Shown in pieces: positions 24,034 to 35,594 of a stretch of 64,000 bases of DNA. Source of the DNA: Laetmonice hystrix (Eukaryota); NCBI GenBank assembly GCA_965235115.1, contig OZ249436.1, positions 46,936,001 through 47,000,000 of the forward strand, in the 5' to 3' direction. Position numbers and translations under genes: made by a program. Below the pieces are notes generated by a model. The model worked only from the letters and a program-made list of their open reading frames with translations, was not told where the DNA came from and did not search any database. Position 1 is the stretch's first letter. The number at the start of each line of letters is the position of its first letter.

Positions 24034-25339
24034 TTCATTCCATGGTGACACATCGCTGGAGCCAATCCACTTCAACCATCTCGATCAGACAGTGTGTAGA
24101 GTAAATGATAATCGTTAGGAAATAAAGAAATACAGTTCTCCACCCATGTCATGAGAGTGCTGTTCTGCCCGAAAGGCCCCACCCAAAAAAGTCCAAAACT
24201 GATATAGTTCATGAAAGTAATCTGGAGTTTCTTTTTAAAATATAATATAGGCCTAGGCATATTTGTCCAAATTCTTGTCTTAAATTTGGACCAGACAGCA
24301 GTCATTATAGCAATCGGAACGACCGAGCCATTTCCGGTTTACTTTGCTATTCGGGGAATAGACTCGGAAAAAAAGAGTATAGAAAAGTGTAGAAATTCAC
24401 CAACTGTCGAACTGAAGGGCAAACGAAGGCTGTCGCTCGCGTATTGTAATTCAACATCTTCCAAGGGAGTCTCTATTGAAGGCGTAATCTATCGCACGTG
24501 TACTATTTTGTATCGGCCGGATCAGAGACCACACAACACATCCGGCGGATTGCCGTTAAATGTCCGTATTACTACACTTTCACTATCCGAGTCTATTTCC
24601 CGGAAATGGCTGGGTCGTTCCGACTGTCATTATTGTAGGGGCATATCAAAAGTGTCAATACGGGTTATTGTGGGTAGTTGCTGTTCCGGTCGGGTCTGTT
24701 TAAAGGCGGGAGATCTGGGCACGGGTTGGCAAGAGATCACAGGACAGGGCGTGGAAACCGAGCATTGACTAAAGATAATCATTGCAGGTTAACTCGAGTC
24801 ATGGCTGCTTCCAACACTCGGTGTAAGTCACATGGTCACGGAACAGCTCAGAGACAGGCCTCACAGAGCGTAACTGAGCTTCGCAATTTTCATTCTGCAG
24901 CCAGGCACTTAACATTCCGCGACATTTACCTTGACCACTGACCCCATCGCTAACCCCCCCCCCCCCTGCCACAGGGTAGAAACAGAATAACCGCCAGAGG
25001 AAAGATTGAAAAATGGGCCTGGGCAAGCCAGTCACACATATCAGACAGCTGAGTTGTTTGATGGGAGCGGCAAGGACGTCCAACAGGGAATGTGTCTACT
25101 AACAAAAAGAGGGAAAGAATTCAAGAGAAATCCTCGGAAAGAATTAGAAAAGGCGAAAAATCGGTCAAAAAGGGAGATTATGCCCCCTTTATCCCCCTGT
25201 ATCCTAAAACTGGATACCCATGGAGCTAATTCTGATAGGGTTACATAATTTAGAGACCGTACATCATGACAGTGCCTGTCAGTAGGATGTCACATTGATC
25301 TTCCATAGAAACACGTCGATTTCTGTTTGTTTAACAACA

Positions 25340-25760
25340 ATTTCACCCAGCTGTCCACCGGTTCACAGATCTCGTCATGTAACATCCCGTAATCCGTGGA
25401 CCCAGCACCCAGGGTAGGAATCGATCCATGGCGAGCGGGGAGCGGGAGACCGGGGGCGCCGTCCCTACCACCCGGCCGTAACCGTGGCCGGTGTGAGCCC
25501 TGTCCACACTCTCCGGATCACTGGCTATATGTGCTGCCGAACGCTGCTTCCTGCACACCTCGCACGGCGGCGCTCAAGGAGAACGAGGCCGCTCCCTCAA
25601 CCAGTTCCCCGGCGTGCTAGAATAGAACCGACCGCCCCGCCAGGTCAGCCCCGGTTATTAAGGCGACGGGTATATCTCAACTGGCGCTTGGACTACCAGC
25701 TTTCACAGGGGGCTTGCAGCGACTCGGACTACTCAGGACTATCGTATTAAGGACATAACT
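25340..25760 (+). promoter_or_regulatory. GC/CpG-rich promoter or 5' UTR region of the LRP-like gene
   Basis: Locally high GC and CpG density immediately upstream of the signal-peptide exon. Confidence 0.45.
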
Positions 25761-25919
25761 GCGAATCTGACACTTAATGTCTTTGTATTGGTTGATCAGC
25801 TTTACTCAGAGGTCTTTGAAGGATGGCTTTAGGATGACAAGGTGAACTCACTGGATTACTTGCGAACTTTTGGGACTAGAAGCCCCGGATTTAGACTCGT
25901 GAAGGTGGAGAGATGCAAA

Positions 25920-26100
25920 ATGCCAAGTTTACGCCGTTTTTGTGAAAGCTGCACGGGCGTGTTCAGCAGTGGTAGGATGACTAACTATGCTTCCACACGT
26001 GTCCACAATATTACCGGCAAACAGCCGTGCCTGACTGCCCGGCCTATCATGTACGGCCTCCTAGGAGTACTACTATGTCTTGCCTGTCTCCCAACTACAG
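25920..26100 (+). CDS. LRP-like receptor, first coding exon (signal peptide); start may be 25920 or 26049
   Basis: Hydrophobic MYGLLGVLLCLACLPTT, then a consensus ACAG|gtgagt donor in phase 1 that matches the acceptor at 57694 (joins as ...LPTTDADGQILIW). Confidence 0.7.
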
Positions 26101-29100
26101 GTGAGTCGTACGTTTGCCAACTTCATTCAGCGTGTCTGCTGGACGACGGTGGAGGAAAGGGGAGGGGGGTAATTGGACATATATGTTACTGTGGTATATC
26201 TTACTACCGCAGTTGGGTGAGGGTAGGGAACATTGCCTTTCCTGTAGTACCCACGCCTACAAACTGCCGGCAGGTTGTGTCGGGGTACGCAGTTTGCACC
26301 TCCTCTGTACGGACATGGCCTACAGTTTTATTATATTCCATTTTTTCTATAGGACTAAGTGGCTGAGGCACCATTGCCAAGGCCACCGAGTTTCAACTCA
26401 CACGCCTGTCAATAATACTTTATCCTTAAAGTTCACAAAATATACTTAAATGTAAGATGTTACCGATTTATGTAATAGAACAAATGATGCAATCTGTAAG
26501 ACTCCTGGCTTCGAACTATTTCTTGTGCTGTGCGTCCATGTGTGCCTTCTGGATCCAACTTCATTCAGCACCCCCTGAGAACTTTAATTTACCCGATTGT
26601 CCAGCTTGCCCTTGTCTTACAAACCGATGAGGCCAACAGAACAGCTGCCTTTGTAAGACCTCCGACAATGTTCTGAAGGGTTCGAAGTTCTCACAGTCAA
26701 ACAGTATTATGCCATAGGCCTACTCTGAAGGCGTTTCACCCAACCCTGGCTGCACGGTAGCAAGTCCTGTCTCTCACTGCCCCCTCTCCGCGCATGATCA
26801 GTGAACCGGAAACACACAGCAGAGGGTCACGACTATCGTGAAGTCACCGAACAACGACCAGGCGACACGCTTTATTCGTGCCAGAATTAATTGCAAATAG
26901 CATGCTAATCGCGAAAGTGACCTAGGCCAACTGTATAATGTTGATATTCTGCCTACAATTAGAACCTTAATGAATTTTAGAACTATACGCTATGAGCCAG
27001 TCCTATTTGACCTGGGGTTATTTCGTCCCCGAGGCAGTTCAGACGTTAAAAACGCGTCATCGAATAGAATACGCCACCCTTGCAATGCATCAGATTTATA
27101 TGATAGCCCAGAGGTAAAAAGTGAAAATCTTTTTCCAAGTAGAAACACGGTTAGGGATAATTAAATTTTCTTCCATACAAAGGGTAGCAGGATAGCCAGG
27201 GTTATATCCCTGCTATCAAGTTCTATTCTCCCGAGGTTGCCGCTACTTGGGGTGGACCTACCTTTTATTCTCACGGTTATATTTAACATGCCTCTTCTTG
27301 TACGTCCTAAAATCTACCGTCGAGCACTTACGGACATGACTCAGTTGGTATAGGTCTAGACCCATCTGAGTATACCTGACAGGCTGACAGAACGTTATGC
27401 GATCATGACAGTGATGTAATAGGCCCATATAGAGGGCCTTTACGTACACCTGTCATTAGTGGATACATATTCAAAGGGAGAACACATTTCGATCTTTTGG
27501 CCGTGTCAAGGCTTATAGTAATCCCAGAGAGGTAAACATGATCAATGTTTGACTTTTCATACAATGATAATCAGATGCAGTAGGCCTTGGGTTGATCGAA
27601 CGCTGCTGCTCAAAGTTACTCAAGTACAAACTCAAAACATGACGTGCACAAACCAAACAATATTCATGTCTCTTTTACCAACCCAGTCCGTTGGCTCTTC
27701 ATAGCAGCGAACGCCGCGAGCTACTAATTTCAAGTCGTCCCATTGAAATCACATACACATTCAGAGGAGTTCCATGAGGTCATTTCCGCCGTGCCTCTAT
27801 TATCGCCCACCAGGCAGCGTTTCTTGTTGAATGCCCTTGAGATTAACGCACCGACAACCCCGAGGTATGCAAGGACATCGCCTAGAACATTTGATAACGG
27901 ATCTTATTAACGTTCATGTGACTAACGCTCGACTAGAGTCAGTCATGACACGCGTTTCATTCACAAAAACCCCTGCGATGTTCTTTATTTTTGTCTAATG
28001 ACTGTTAGATCCGCCGCTGTGTAATGAAAATGTTAACGTGAATAGTTGTTAGAGGAACACATCACGTGTGTTCCCTGCGGACCTTTTAGTAAGTTTTGAT
28101 ATTAGGAAGTCCTACATGTAAGAGTGCCTCAGGTGTCGTGTTTCAGCACGACATATCCACTTTCATGAAATTATTTTTATGTTTTTACTTATCACGAACA
28201 CAAACCCCTGCCCTATATAGCGGGGCGTAGATTCTATAGCCGACGGCCTTGCCTCACAATGTAGATCTGTGAAGCAGTTATAAAAGTATCTTCTTTAAGG
28301 CTATTAGAAATTCCAGGTTGTTTGGCTGTGATTTGGGTGGATTTTATTACGCAGGATGTTTTAAAAGGGTGTGATGAATGAAAGATGAAGAGCAGGAAGA
28401 TGAAAATAGGAAAAAACCCAGGCCGATCCGACACCAGTCTAACTGCGGCTGTAGTTCGAGTCGGTTTTTATGCAGTGACAAAGCGACAGTGACGTAATAA
28501 CAGATCCGTCTCTGAAGTGAAACTGTTACCATTAATTATTACAGCCCAAACTGCATACGATATCTATAGGTGCACGTATAATGTAGGAACATGTGCTTTC
28601 TAATTACATGAATACATGACATTTTCTTTTGATTCTCTTGAGCCTCCCTCAGCCCAGAGGTATATATTAGGTATATGTATGACAAAGAGGATGGCTTTAG
28701 TTGTCCGACTGAAGTACCTAGCCATACAGAGATATTGAGTTGTCCTCAGGTATTACGAAATCATACCACGCCCTTCGACCACACCCAGGCATGTCGACCG
28801 ACGTAAGGCAAGGCGGCTCCCAGCATCAGGGATGGGCCGACACATAGATTTATTTTTTTGATGAGTAAAATCAAACATGATCTTATGCATAATGTACGGG
28901 TTCGTATTGGATCGAGGACAGGTCAGGGAGATTGTGAAACACACACCAAATCGTATTCTTCTTTTTGATCTTTAAATGTGTTACTGCAATTAAGGAGAAG
29001 CTTTCAGGCTACATGTTGAAGCCTTTTAGAATTACGGTATTTAGTCAATTTAGATTTTTAATCTTGTAGGTATGTATATTCTCGCAAAACTCGGAGATGA

Positions 29101-30152
29101 CTGTATACCAGGGTGGGGTAGTATTTGGATAGATGACAAACTACCTCAGGTGAACTGTGCCAGACCTTAGCATGGGGAATTTTAATGGTCAGTGAGACAC
29201 ATCAAAGACCCACGCTAGTTCTTTATCGATCCGAGGAGCAGAGGCATCTTGCACCCTCTACTTTAGTCATACCTGTTGGGGGACTTTCCTGTCCGAACTC
29301 GTTTTATTCATGCAAACACCAGCGGCCTATATTTACCCCAACACCGCTTCTCAGACACACAGACCTTGAGTAACCTGAAAATAAAAACCGCGTCACCTGG
29401 GACGAAACGGAGCTGGCATTTTTGGTTAAGGCTCCCATACTCTCATTTTGAAAAGTCTAAGAAATGTGGAAAGGGGGAAATATCCTTATGTCAAACATGC
29501 GAAGTTTTTTTGTTCCGTCTACGGCCCGCCTTGCCCAGCAGGGTGGTTATATGATATAATAATATAGGACAAGGAAAGTAAATACACTGTTGGCGCGATA
29601 GCCTCCTTCTATAGGACCCAGGTCTAAGATTGGGCAGCTCTCCACATCTCCCAATCTAACATCTGGCTCATTTAAAAAAGAACTCATAACCACAGCTTTT
29701 GGTTGGCGTCCCTGGAATCTGGTCATGGTACAGGGCCAGATGGCTGACAAATCTTGGACGCCTGAAGATCTGTCTATAGTCGTGACGTCATGACTGGCAG
29801 GATTGAGCGAGTAACCGAGTCGGTTATCGTTACACGGTGGTCGCCTTGGTGATCGCACGTTCGACTGCGGACTAAAAGTGGAGTCTAAAGTGGAGCCTAA
29901 AGTGGAGCCTGAAATAGAGCCTAAAATGGAGTAAAGAGTGGTTGAGAGGAATTTAACACGGATCCAGCTGGCTGAGCAGGGTGGTTTCCTGTCACGAGAT
30001 GAACAGACATCTGGGTCTGTACGAAACCCCATCAAAGGGGCCCGGCTCTTGGACCCTTCGTGACAGGGGAAAATAGCATGCAGTTCGCAGACTGTGAAAC
30101 CAGGGTAGCGTGGTCCTTGCAGATACTCGGGACTGCATAGTGAAAGTCCGCT

Positions 30153-30637
30153 GGCGCGATACCAGCCTGTAAAATCGCGTCGTAAATGTCGATTGACGCG
30201 ATACCAGCCTGTAAAATCGCGTCATGAAGTTGGTTGACGCGATACTAGCCTGTAAAATCGTGCCATGAAGTCGGTTGGCGCGATACCAGCCTGTAAAATC
30301 GCGTCGTATATGTCGATTGACGCGATACCAGCCTCTAAAATTGCGTCGTAACTGTCGGTTGACGCGATACCAGCCTGTAAAATCGCGTCGTAAATGTCGA
30401 TTGACGCGATACCAGCCTGTAAAATCGCGTCATGAAGTCGGTTGACGCGATACCAGCCTGTAAAATCGCGTCGTAAATGTCGATTGACGCGATACCAGCC
30501 TGTAAAATCGCGTCATGAAGTCGGTCGACGCGATACCAGCCTGTAAAATCGCGTCATGAAGTCGGTTGACGCGATACCAGCCTGTAAAATCGCGTCATGA
30601 AGTCGGTTGACGCGATACCAGCCTCTTTAATCGCGTT
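30153..30637. repeat. 41/42-bp minisatellite with hairpin core, 12 copies
   Basis: GACGCGAT-accagcctgtaaa-ATCGCGTC plus a linker, either GTAAATGTCGATT or ATGAAGTCGGTT. Confidence 0.95.
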
Positions 30638-31301
30638 CTGAACGTGCCCTGACGCGGGTTCGTGTCCATTTTGGCGCGGAGCATGCGTAGAAGACTCGCC
30701 GCATAAGTTAGCACGCGATCTGAGAAAACAATTCGTCGAATGGTAGCTGATATTAAGAAACCATGGAAATAAACAAGACTTCTTTTGTTGTTACTAGAGA
30801 AACAGCAACTTTACAGGCCAACAGATGACGTGGAACATATTGCCTGTTTGTTTTGACTGTCGATAGTGCGGGCCAGCACGCAAGCCCAGCTTTGAAACTC
30901 TTTCAGAAAAGGCAGCGAAGTTCCCTCCTTGGGTGTGTAATAGTCCCTCATTTCATGGTGCAAAGAACAAAGGCAAGATTGACTCAGAAGAAGAAGGAAA
31001 GCCGTACTATAAGAAAAAGTCCCCAGTACGTTTCAATGTAATGGTTAAATTGGACGAGAGAGGTACAAATAATGCTCAATTTTACTGAGCGCAAGAACGT
31101 GTTTAAGTAGAGAGAGATTGTGGCGTTTGTTTTCCAGATGACTGACTGGCTTGTCATTATTTAGAATTACTTTTTGAGTATTTACTCGATATGCTGACCC
31201 CCTTAAACGTTAACCCTTGCTGCAGGCCACCCCTTGCAGCCACACACTAATCTGACATGCTTCTACACAGTTCCGAACATAAAACAGCCATGGTGCACCT
31301 C

Positions 31302-31741
31302 GCACCGTACAGTGTGTGGGTCGGTGATAGAGTCAGTCTATACTTGCACCGTACAGTGTGTGGGTCGGTGATAGAGTCAGTCTATACTTGCACCGTACAG
31401 TGTGTGGGTCGGTGATAGAGTCAGTCTATACTTGTACCGTACAGTGTGTGGGTCGGTGATAGAGTCAGTCTATACTTGCACCGTACAGTGTGTGGGTCGG
31501 TGATAGAGTCAGTCTATACTTGTACCGTACAGTGTGTGGGTCGGTGATAGAGTCAGTCTATACTTGCACCGTACAGTGTGTGGGTCGGTGATAGAGTCAG
31601 TCTATACTTGCACCGTACAGTGTGTGGGTCGGTGATAGAGTCAGTCTATACTTGCACCGTACAGTGTGTGGATCGGTGATAGAGTCAGTCTATACTTGCA
31701 CCGTACAGTGTGTGGATCGGTGATAGAGTCAGTCTATACTT
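31302..31741. repeat. 44-bp minisatellite, 10 copies
   Basis: Unit GCACCGTACAGTGTGTGGGTCGGTGATAGAGTCAGTCTATACTT. Confidence 0.97.
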
Positions 31742-31840
31742 TAGGTATGAGAGGGGACTTCCCCATGTACATACATGAAGGCGTTGTTCTTCGCTTCAGG
31801 CCTTGCAAATATTGATCGGATTTCGGCAAGGAAAGGACCT

Positions 31841-31978
31841 GAGCCCAGTTCGTAAAAACTTACGATCTTGCTTAAGCTTAAGCTTAAGACTTCTGATTGG
31901 CTGGTCTGCTTAGAACAGCCAATCTGAAGTCTTAAACTTAAGCGTAAGCAAGATCGTAAGTTTTTACAAACTTGGCCC
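31841..31978. mobile_element. Palindromic Harbinger-like MITE (~138 bp)
   Basis: Near-perfect hairpin GCCCAGTTCGTAAAAACTTACGATCTTGCTTA.../...TAAGCAAGATCGTAAGTTTTTACAAACTTGGC; partial second copy at 19699. Confidence 0.75.
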
Positions 31979-32765
31979 TAACGGGGGAGGGGGTGTTGGA
32001 ATCAACCCTTGATTTCTTATCAATGAGCAATCAAGACGAGTTTCCACTTGCACCATGATGTGATCCGGTGAGGGTTTGGAGCATCAGAGGACGGGTGCCG
32101 GACGGGGGCCGAGGTTGTATGTAGGGGGTGGGGGTGAGGGGGTATGAAGGGGGAGGGGGTGAAGTATGCCGACTTGGAGCACCTGCCTCAGGGGGCAGTG
32201 GTTTAGTACCTGGATACATTGGTAGCGTTCTCACAGTGAAGTAAAACTACTATATAAGGTAATTCACGCGTAATCTAAACCTCGTCAGAAGACCATTATC
32301 CAGAGGTTTATAATCCCCAAGAACAAGAAGAGTATAGCGATATATCGGGAACAAGCTGTGTACAAAGGTGACCTTGGTCTCCACGGTGGGAAAGGTCATC
32401 GTATCACTGGGGACAGCCAATCGGCGTTCAATGATAGAAAAATATGAAAAGTTTAAAGAAGGAATCAACTCAGAGAGACAGGCACTGCCAATTGTATTTG
32501 AGAGTGATCGGGTTGTGGGTGACTTGGAGGTTTTAGGTCTCTCAGCAAGATTTCAGCTTAGCAAGCTGGCAAAATCTCGTCGAGTCTCGTCAGTTTGGAT
32601 GAAGCCTACAAAGACTTAGGTCGACCAAGCACCGTTAGGTCGACAGTAACAATAAAAGTCGGGTAATGATAGAGCCGAACGGAAGGAAGACCCCGCAAAC
32701 AGAGCGCGGCTTGTATTTGATGATATCGATTGTTGTTTGTACGTAGTTGAGAGGGATCAAAGGAT

Positions 32766-33511
32766 CCCGAGTGAACTGTAATCTCACTGGGCGGAGTCGG
32801 AGATGATGATGTACTCAGTGTGTGCAGTAAGATCCAAGGTTCCCGAGTGAACTGTAATCTCACTGGGCGGAGTCGGAGATGAGGATGTACTCAGTGTGTG
32901 CAGTAAGATCCAAGGTTCCCGAGTGAACTGTAATCTCACTGGGCGGAGTCGGAGATGAGGATGTACTCAGTGTGTGCAGTAAGATCCAAGGTTCCCGAGT
33001 GAACTGTAATCTCACTGGGCGGAGTCGGAGATGAGGATGTACTCAGTGTGTGCAGTAAGATCCAAGGTTCCCGAGTGAACTGTAATCTCACTGGGCGGAG
33101 TCGGGGATGAGGATGTACTCAGTGTGTGCAGTAAGATCCAAGGTTCCTGAGTGAACTGTAATCTCACTGGGCGGAGTCGGAGATGAGGATGTACTCAGTG
33201 TGTGCAGTAAGATCCAAGGTTCCCGAGTGAACTGTAATCTCACTGGGCGGAGTCGGAGATGAGGATGTACTCAGTGTGTGCAGTAAGATCCAAGGTTCCC
33301 GAGTGAACTGTAATCTCACTGGGCGGAGTCGGAGATGATGATGTACTCAGTGTGTGCAGTAAGATCCAAGGTTCCCGAGTGAACTGTAATCTCACTGGGC
33401 GGAGTCGGAGATGATGATGTACTCAGTGTGTGCAGTAAGATCCAAGGTTCCCGAGTGAACTGTAATCTCACTGGGCGGAGTCGGAGATGAGGATGAGTGT
33501 GTGCAGTAAGA
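32766..33511. repeat. 76-bp minisatellite, ~10 copies
   Basis: Unit CCCGAGTGAACTGTAATCTCACTGGGCGGAGTCGGAGATGAGGATGTACTCAGTGTGTGCAGTAAGATCCAAGGTT. Confidence 0.97.
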
Positions 33512-34419
33512 ACTACCACCTACTCTCAGCACCGGCTGACATCTTGACGTTTGTCAAAAAACACATCTATAACCTGAACACTTAGTGCAGTTTTATCCTG
33601 GGCGGGGTCGTGATGGATTATTGTATAGATGGTTTAGTTTTGACGGCCACACATTGAATGACTCGGCTACAATATGTAACATTCTATAGTAACATCCCTT
33701 ACCGTGCGCTTATAATTCAAAACACTGTGCATGTATCCATTGATTATTCATTAACAAATCCTCAGGGATTACATTACAGTATTGTGGAGCTTCTAGCATC
33801 TGCGTCTCGAAATAAACCCAAGGAAAATATTCCGCCAGATTTTTCTTTATAATTTAATGCATATTTTTGCCAAATAATTTCAGAATGCACTCTGAGGAAG
33901 AGCCATTCATTCTATTGCTGTTTTGCGTCAGAAGAGAATGAAGTAAACACCCTTTGTGTTTTGATCGTCCCTGCAACCCAGGTTTATGTAAGGTTTAATA
34001 TCTGGCTGTGATTTCTTCCCTCACCTCGCTCACATATAATGCATGTCGATAATGTGTTTATATAGCATGAGTTTAGGTTTTACATTCATGCATTGTTTGT
34101 ACGTAACCGGTGTGAGCCATGAACCCAGGTTATGCACACGAAGTAAAGGTAACCAAGCCAACATAGAAATACTCTCACGGGTGGAACAGAGCACGAGAAT
34201 ATCTTCTCTCAGGTGTTCAACAAACTGTGAGAATAAGTATGTTAACTGTGAGAATAAGCCCAAGTATGTGCCCAGTTGTCCGCCATGCACGGCTACCTTT
34301 CTCGGACATGATTGCAGGAGGGGTAGAATATTAACCCTTTACCATATCATTTTATTTATTTGCCTCTGGTGTATAACTTTGATATTACGAATACTCACTT
34401 TGTTCTGTTTATCAGACTG

Positions 34420-34562
34420 CAGTGGCGGATCGGGGGGGGGGGGGGGGGGTATGGGGGTTGCAGCCCCCCTTATGAAGTAATTTGTTTTTTTTCCGGCTTG
34501 AAAAGGTCAAACTAAACATACCCCCCCCCCCCGCCCTTGGCCCCAACTTGGATCCGCCTCAG
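34420..34562. mobile_element. hAT-like MITE family copy
   Basis: CAGTGGCGGATC...poly-G...poly-C...GGATCCGCCTCAG; GACTG on both flanks. Confidence 0.55.
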
Positions 34563-34712
34563 GACTGTAGGATTAATTTATTAACGCGAAACTTAACATC
34601 TTGCACATACATTCGTACTTGCTTTCATGTTCCACCTTACAAACGTTCTCAGTTCGCTGTAGTTTTAACGAAGCCATTGAAATATTAGCACATTAGTATA
34701 TCATGAAATATA

Positions 34713-35281
34713 GTTCAGACTAGGATGGTCTGGGATATAGGTCAGACGGGGATGGTGTGGGATATAGGTCAGACTAGGCTCGTCTGGGATATAGGTCAGA
34801 CTAGGATGGTCTGGGATATAGGTCAGACGAGGATGGTCTGGGATATAGGTCAGACGAGGATGGTCTGGGATATAGGTCAGACGAGGATGGTCTGGGATAT
34901 AGGTCAGACTAGGATGGTCTGGGATATAGGTCAGACGGGGATGGTCTGGGATATAGGTCAGACTAGGCTCGTCTGGGATATAGGTCAGACTAGGATGGTC
35001 TGGGATATAGGTCAGACTAGGATGGTCTGGGATATAGGTCAGACTAGGATGGTCTGGGATATAGGTCAGACTAGGATGGTCTGGGATATAGGTCAGACTA
35101 GGATGGTCTGGGATATAGGTCAGACTAGGATGGTCTGGGATATACGGCAGACTAGGATGGTCTGGGATATAGGTCAGACTAGGATGGTCTGGGATATAGG
35201 TCAGACTAGGATGGTCTGGGATATACGGCAGACTAGGATGGTCTGGGATATAGGTCAGATTAGGATGGTCTGGGATATAGG
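34713..35281. repeat. 27-bp minisatellite, ~21 copies
   Basis: Unit GTCAGACTAGGATGGTCTGGGATATAG; explains the MVWDIGQTR ORF. Confidence 0.97.
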
Positions 35282-35445
35282 GCCAAAGCCTATTGTCGTA
35301 ATACTAAGCTTTTCTATAGGCCTTCGATTCCTAACAGGACGACAAGAACATGAACGTATACTTACATGGAACTGACTATGAAAAGCTAAAACAGCCATAG
35401 TAGCTAGGCTAATATAGATAAAACTGCGCTCGCCCCTGGGAATAA

Positions 35446-35594
35446 ATCTTGATGGTATGTGTACCATGACATCTTGATGTTATGTGTACCATGACATCTT
35501 GATGTTATGCGTTCCATGACATCTTGATGTTATGCATACCATGACATCTTGATGTTATGCGTACCATGACATCTTGATGTTAGGCGTACCATGA
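35446..35594. repeat. 25-bp minisatellite, ~6 copies
   Basis: Unit ATCTTGATGTTATGYGTACCATGAC. Confidence 0.93.

Noticed and set aside
23565..24075. Three overlapping repetitive ORFs
   Set aside because: Products of a 29-bp minisatellite whose unit length is not a multiple of three.
30153..30637. CRISPR array
   Set aside because: The linkers are only 12-13 nt and are reused rather than unique. There are no cas genes and the context is a eukaryotic intron.
34725..35375. 216-aa MVWDIGQTR repeat protein (WD-like)
   Set aside because: Translation of a 27-bp minisatellite; the WD dipeptide is coincidental.
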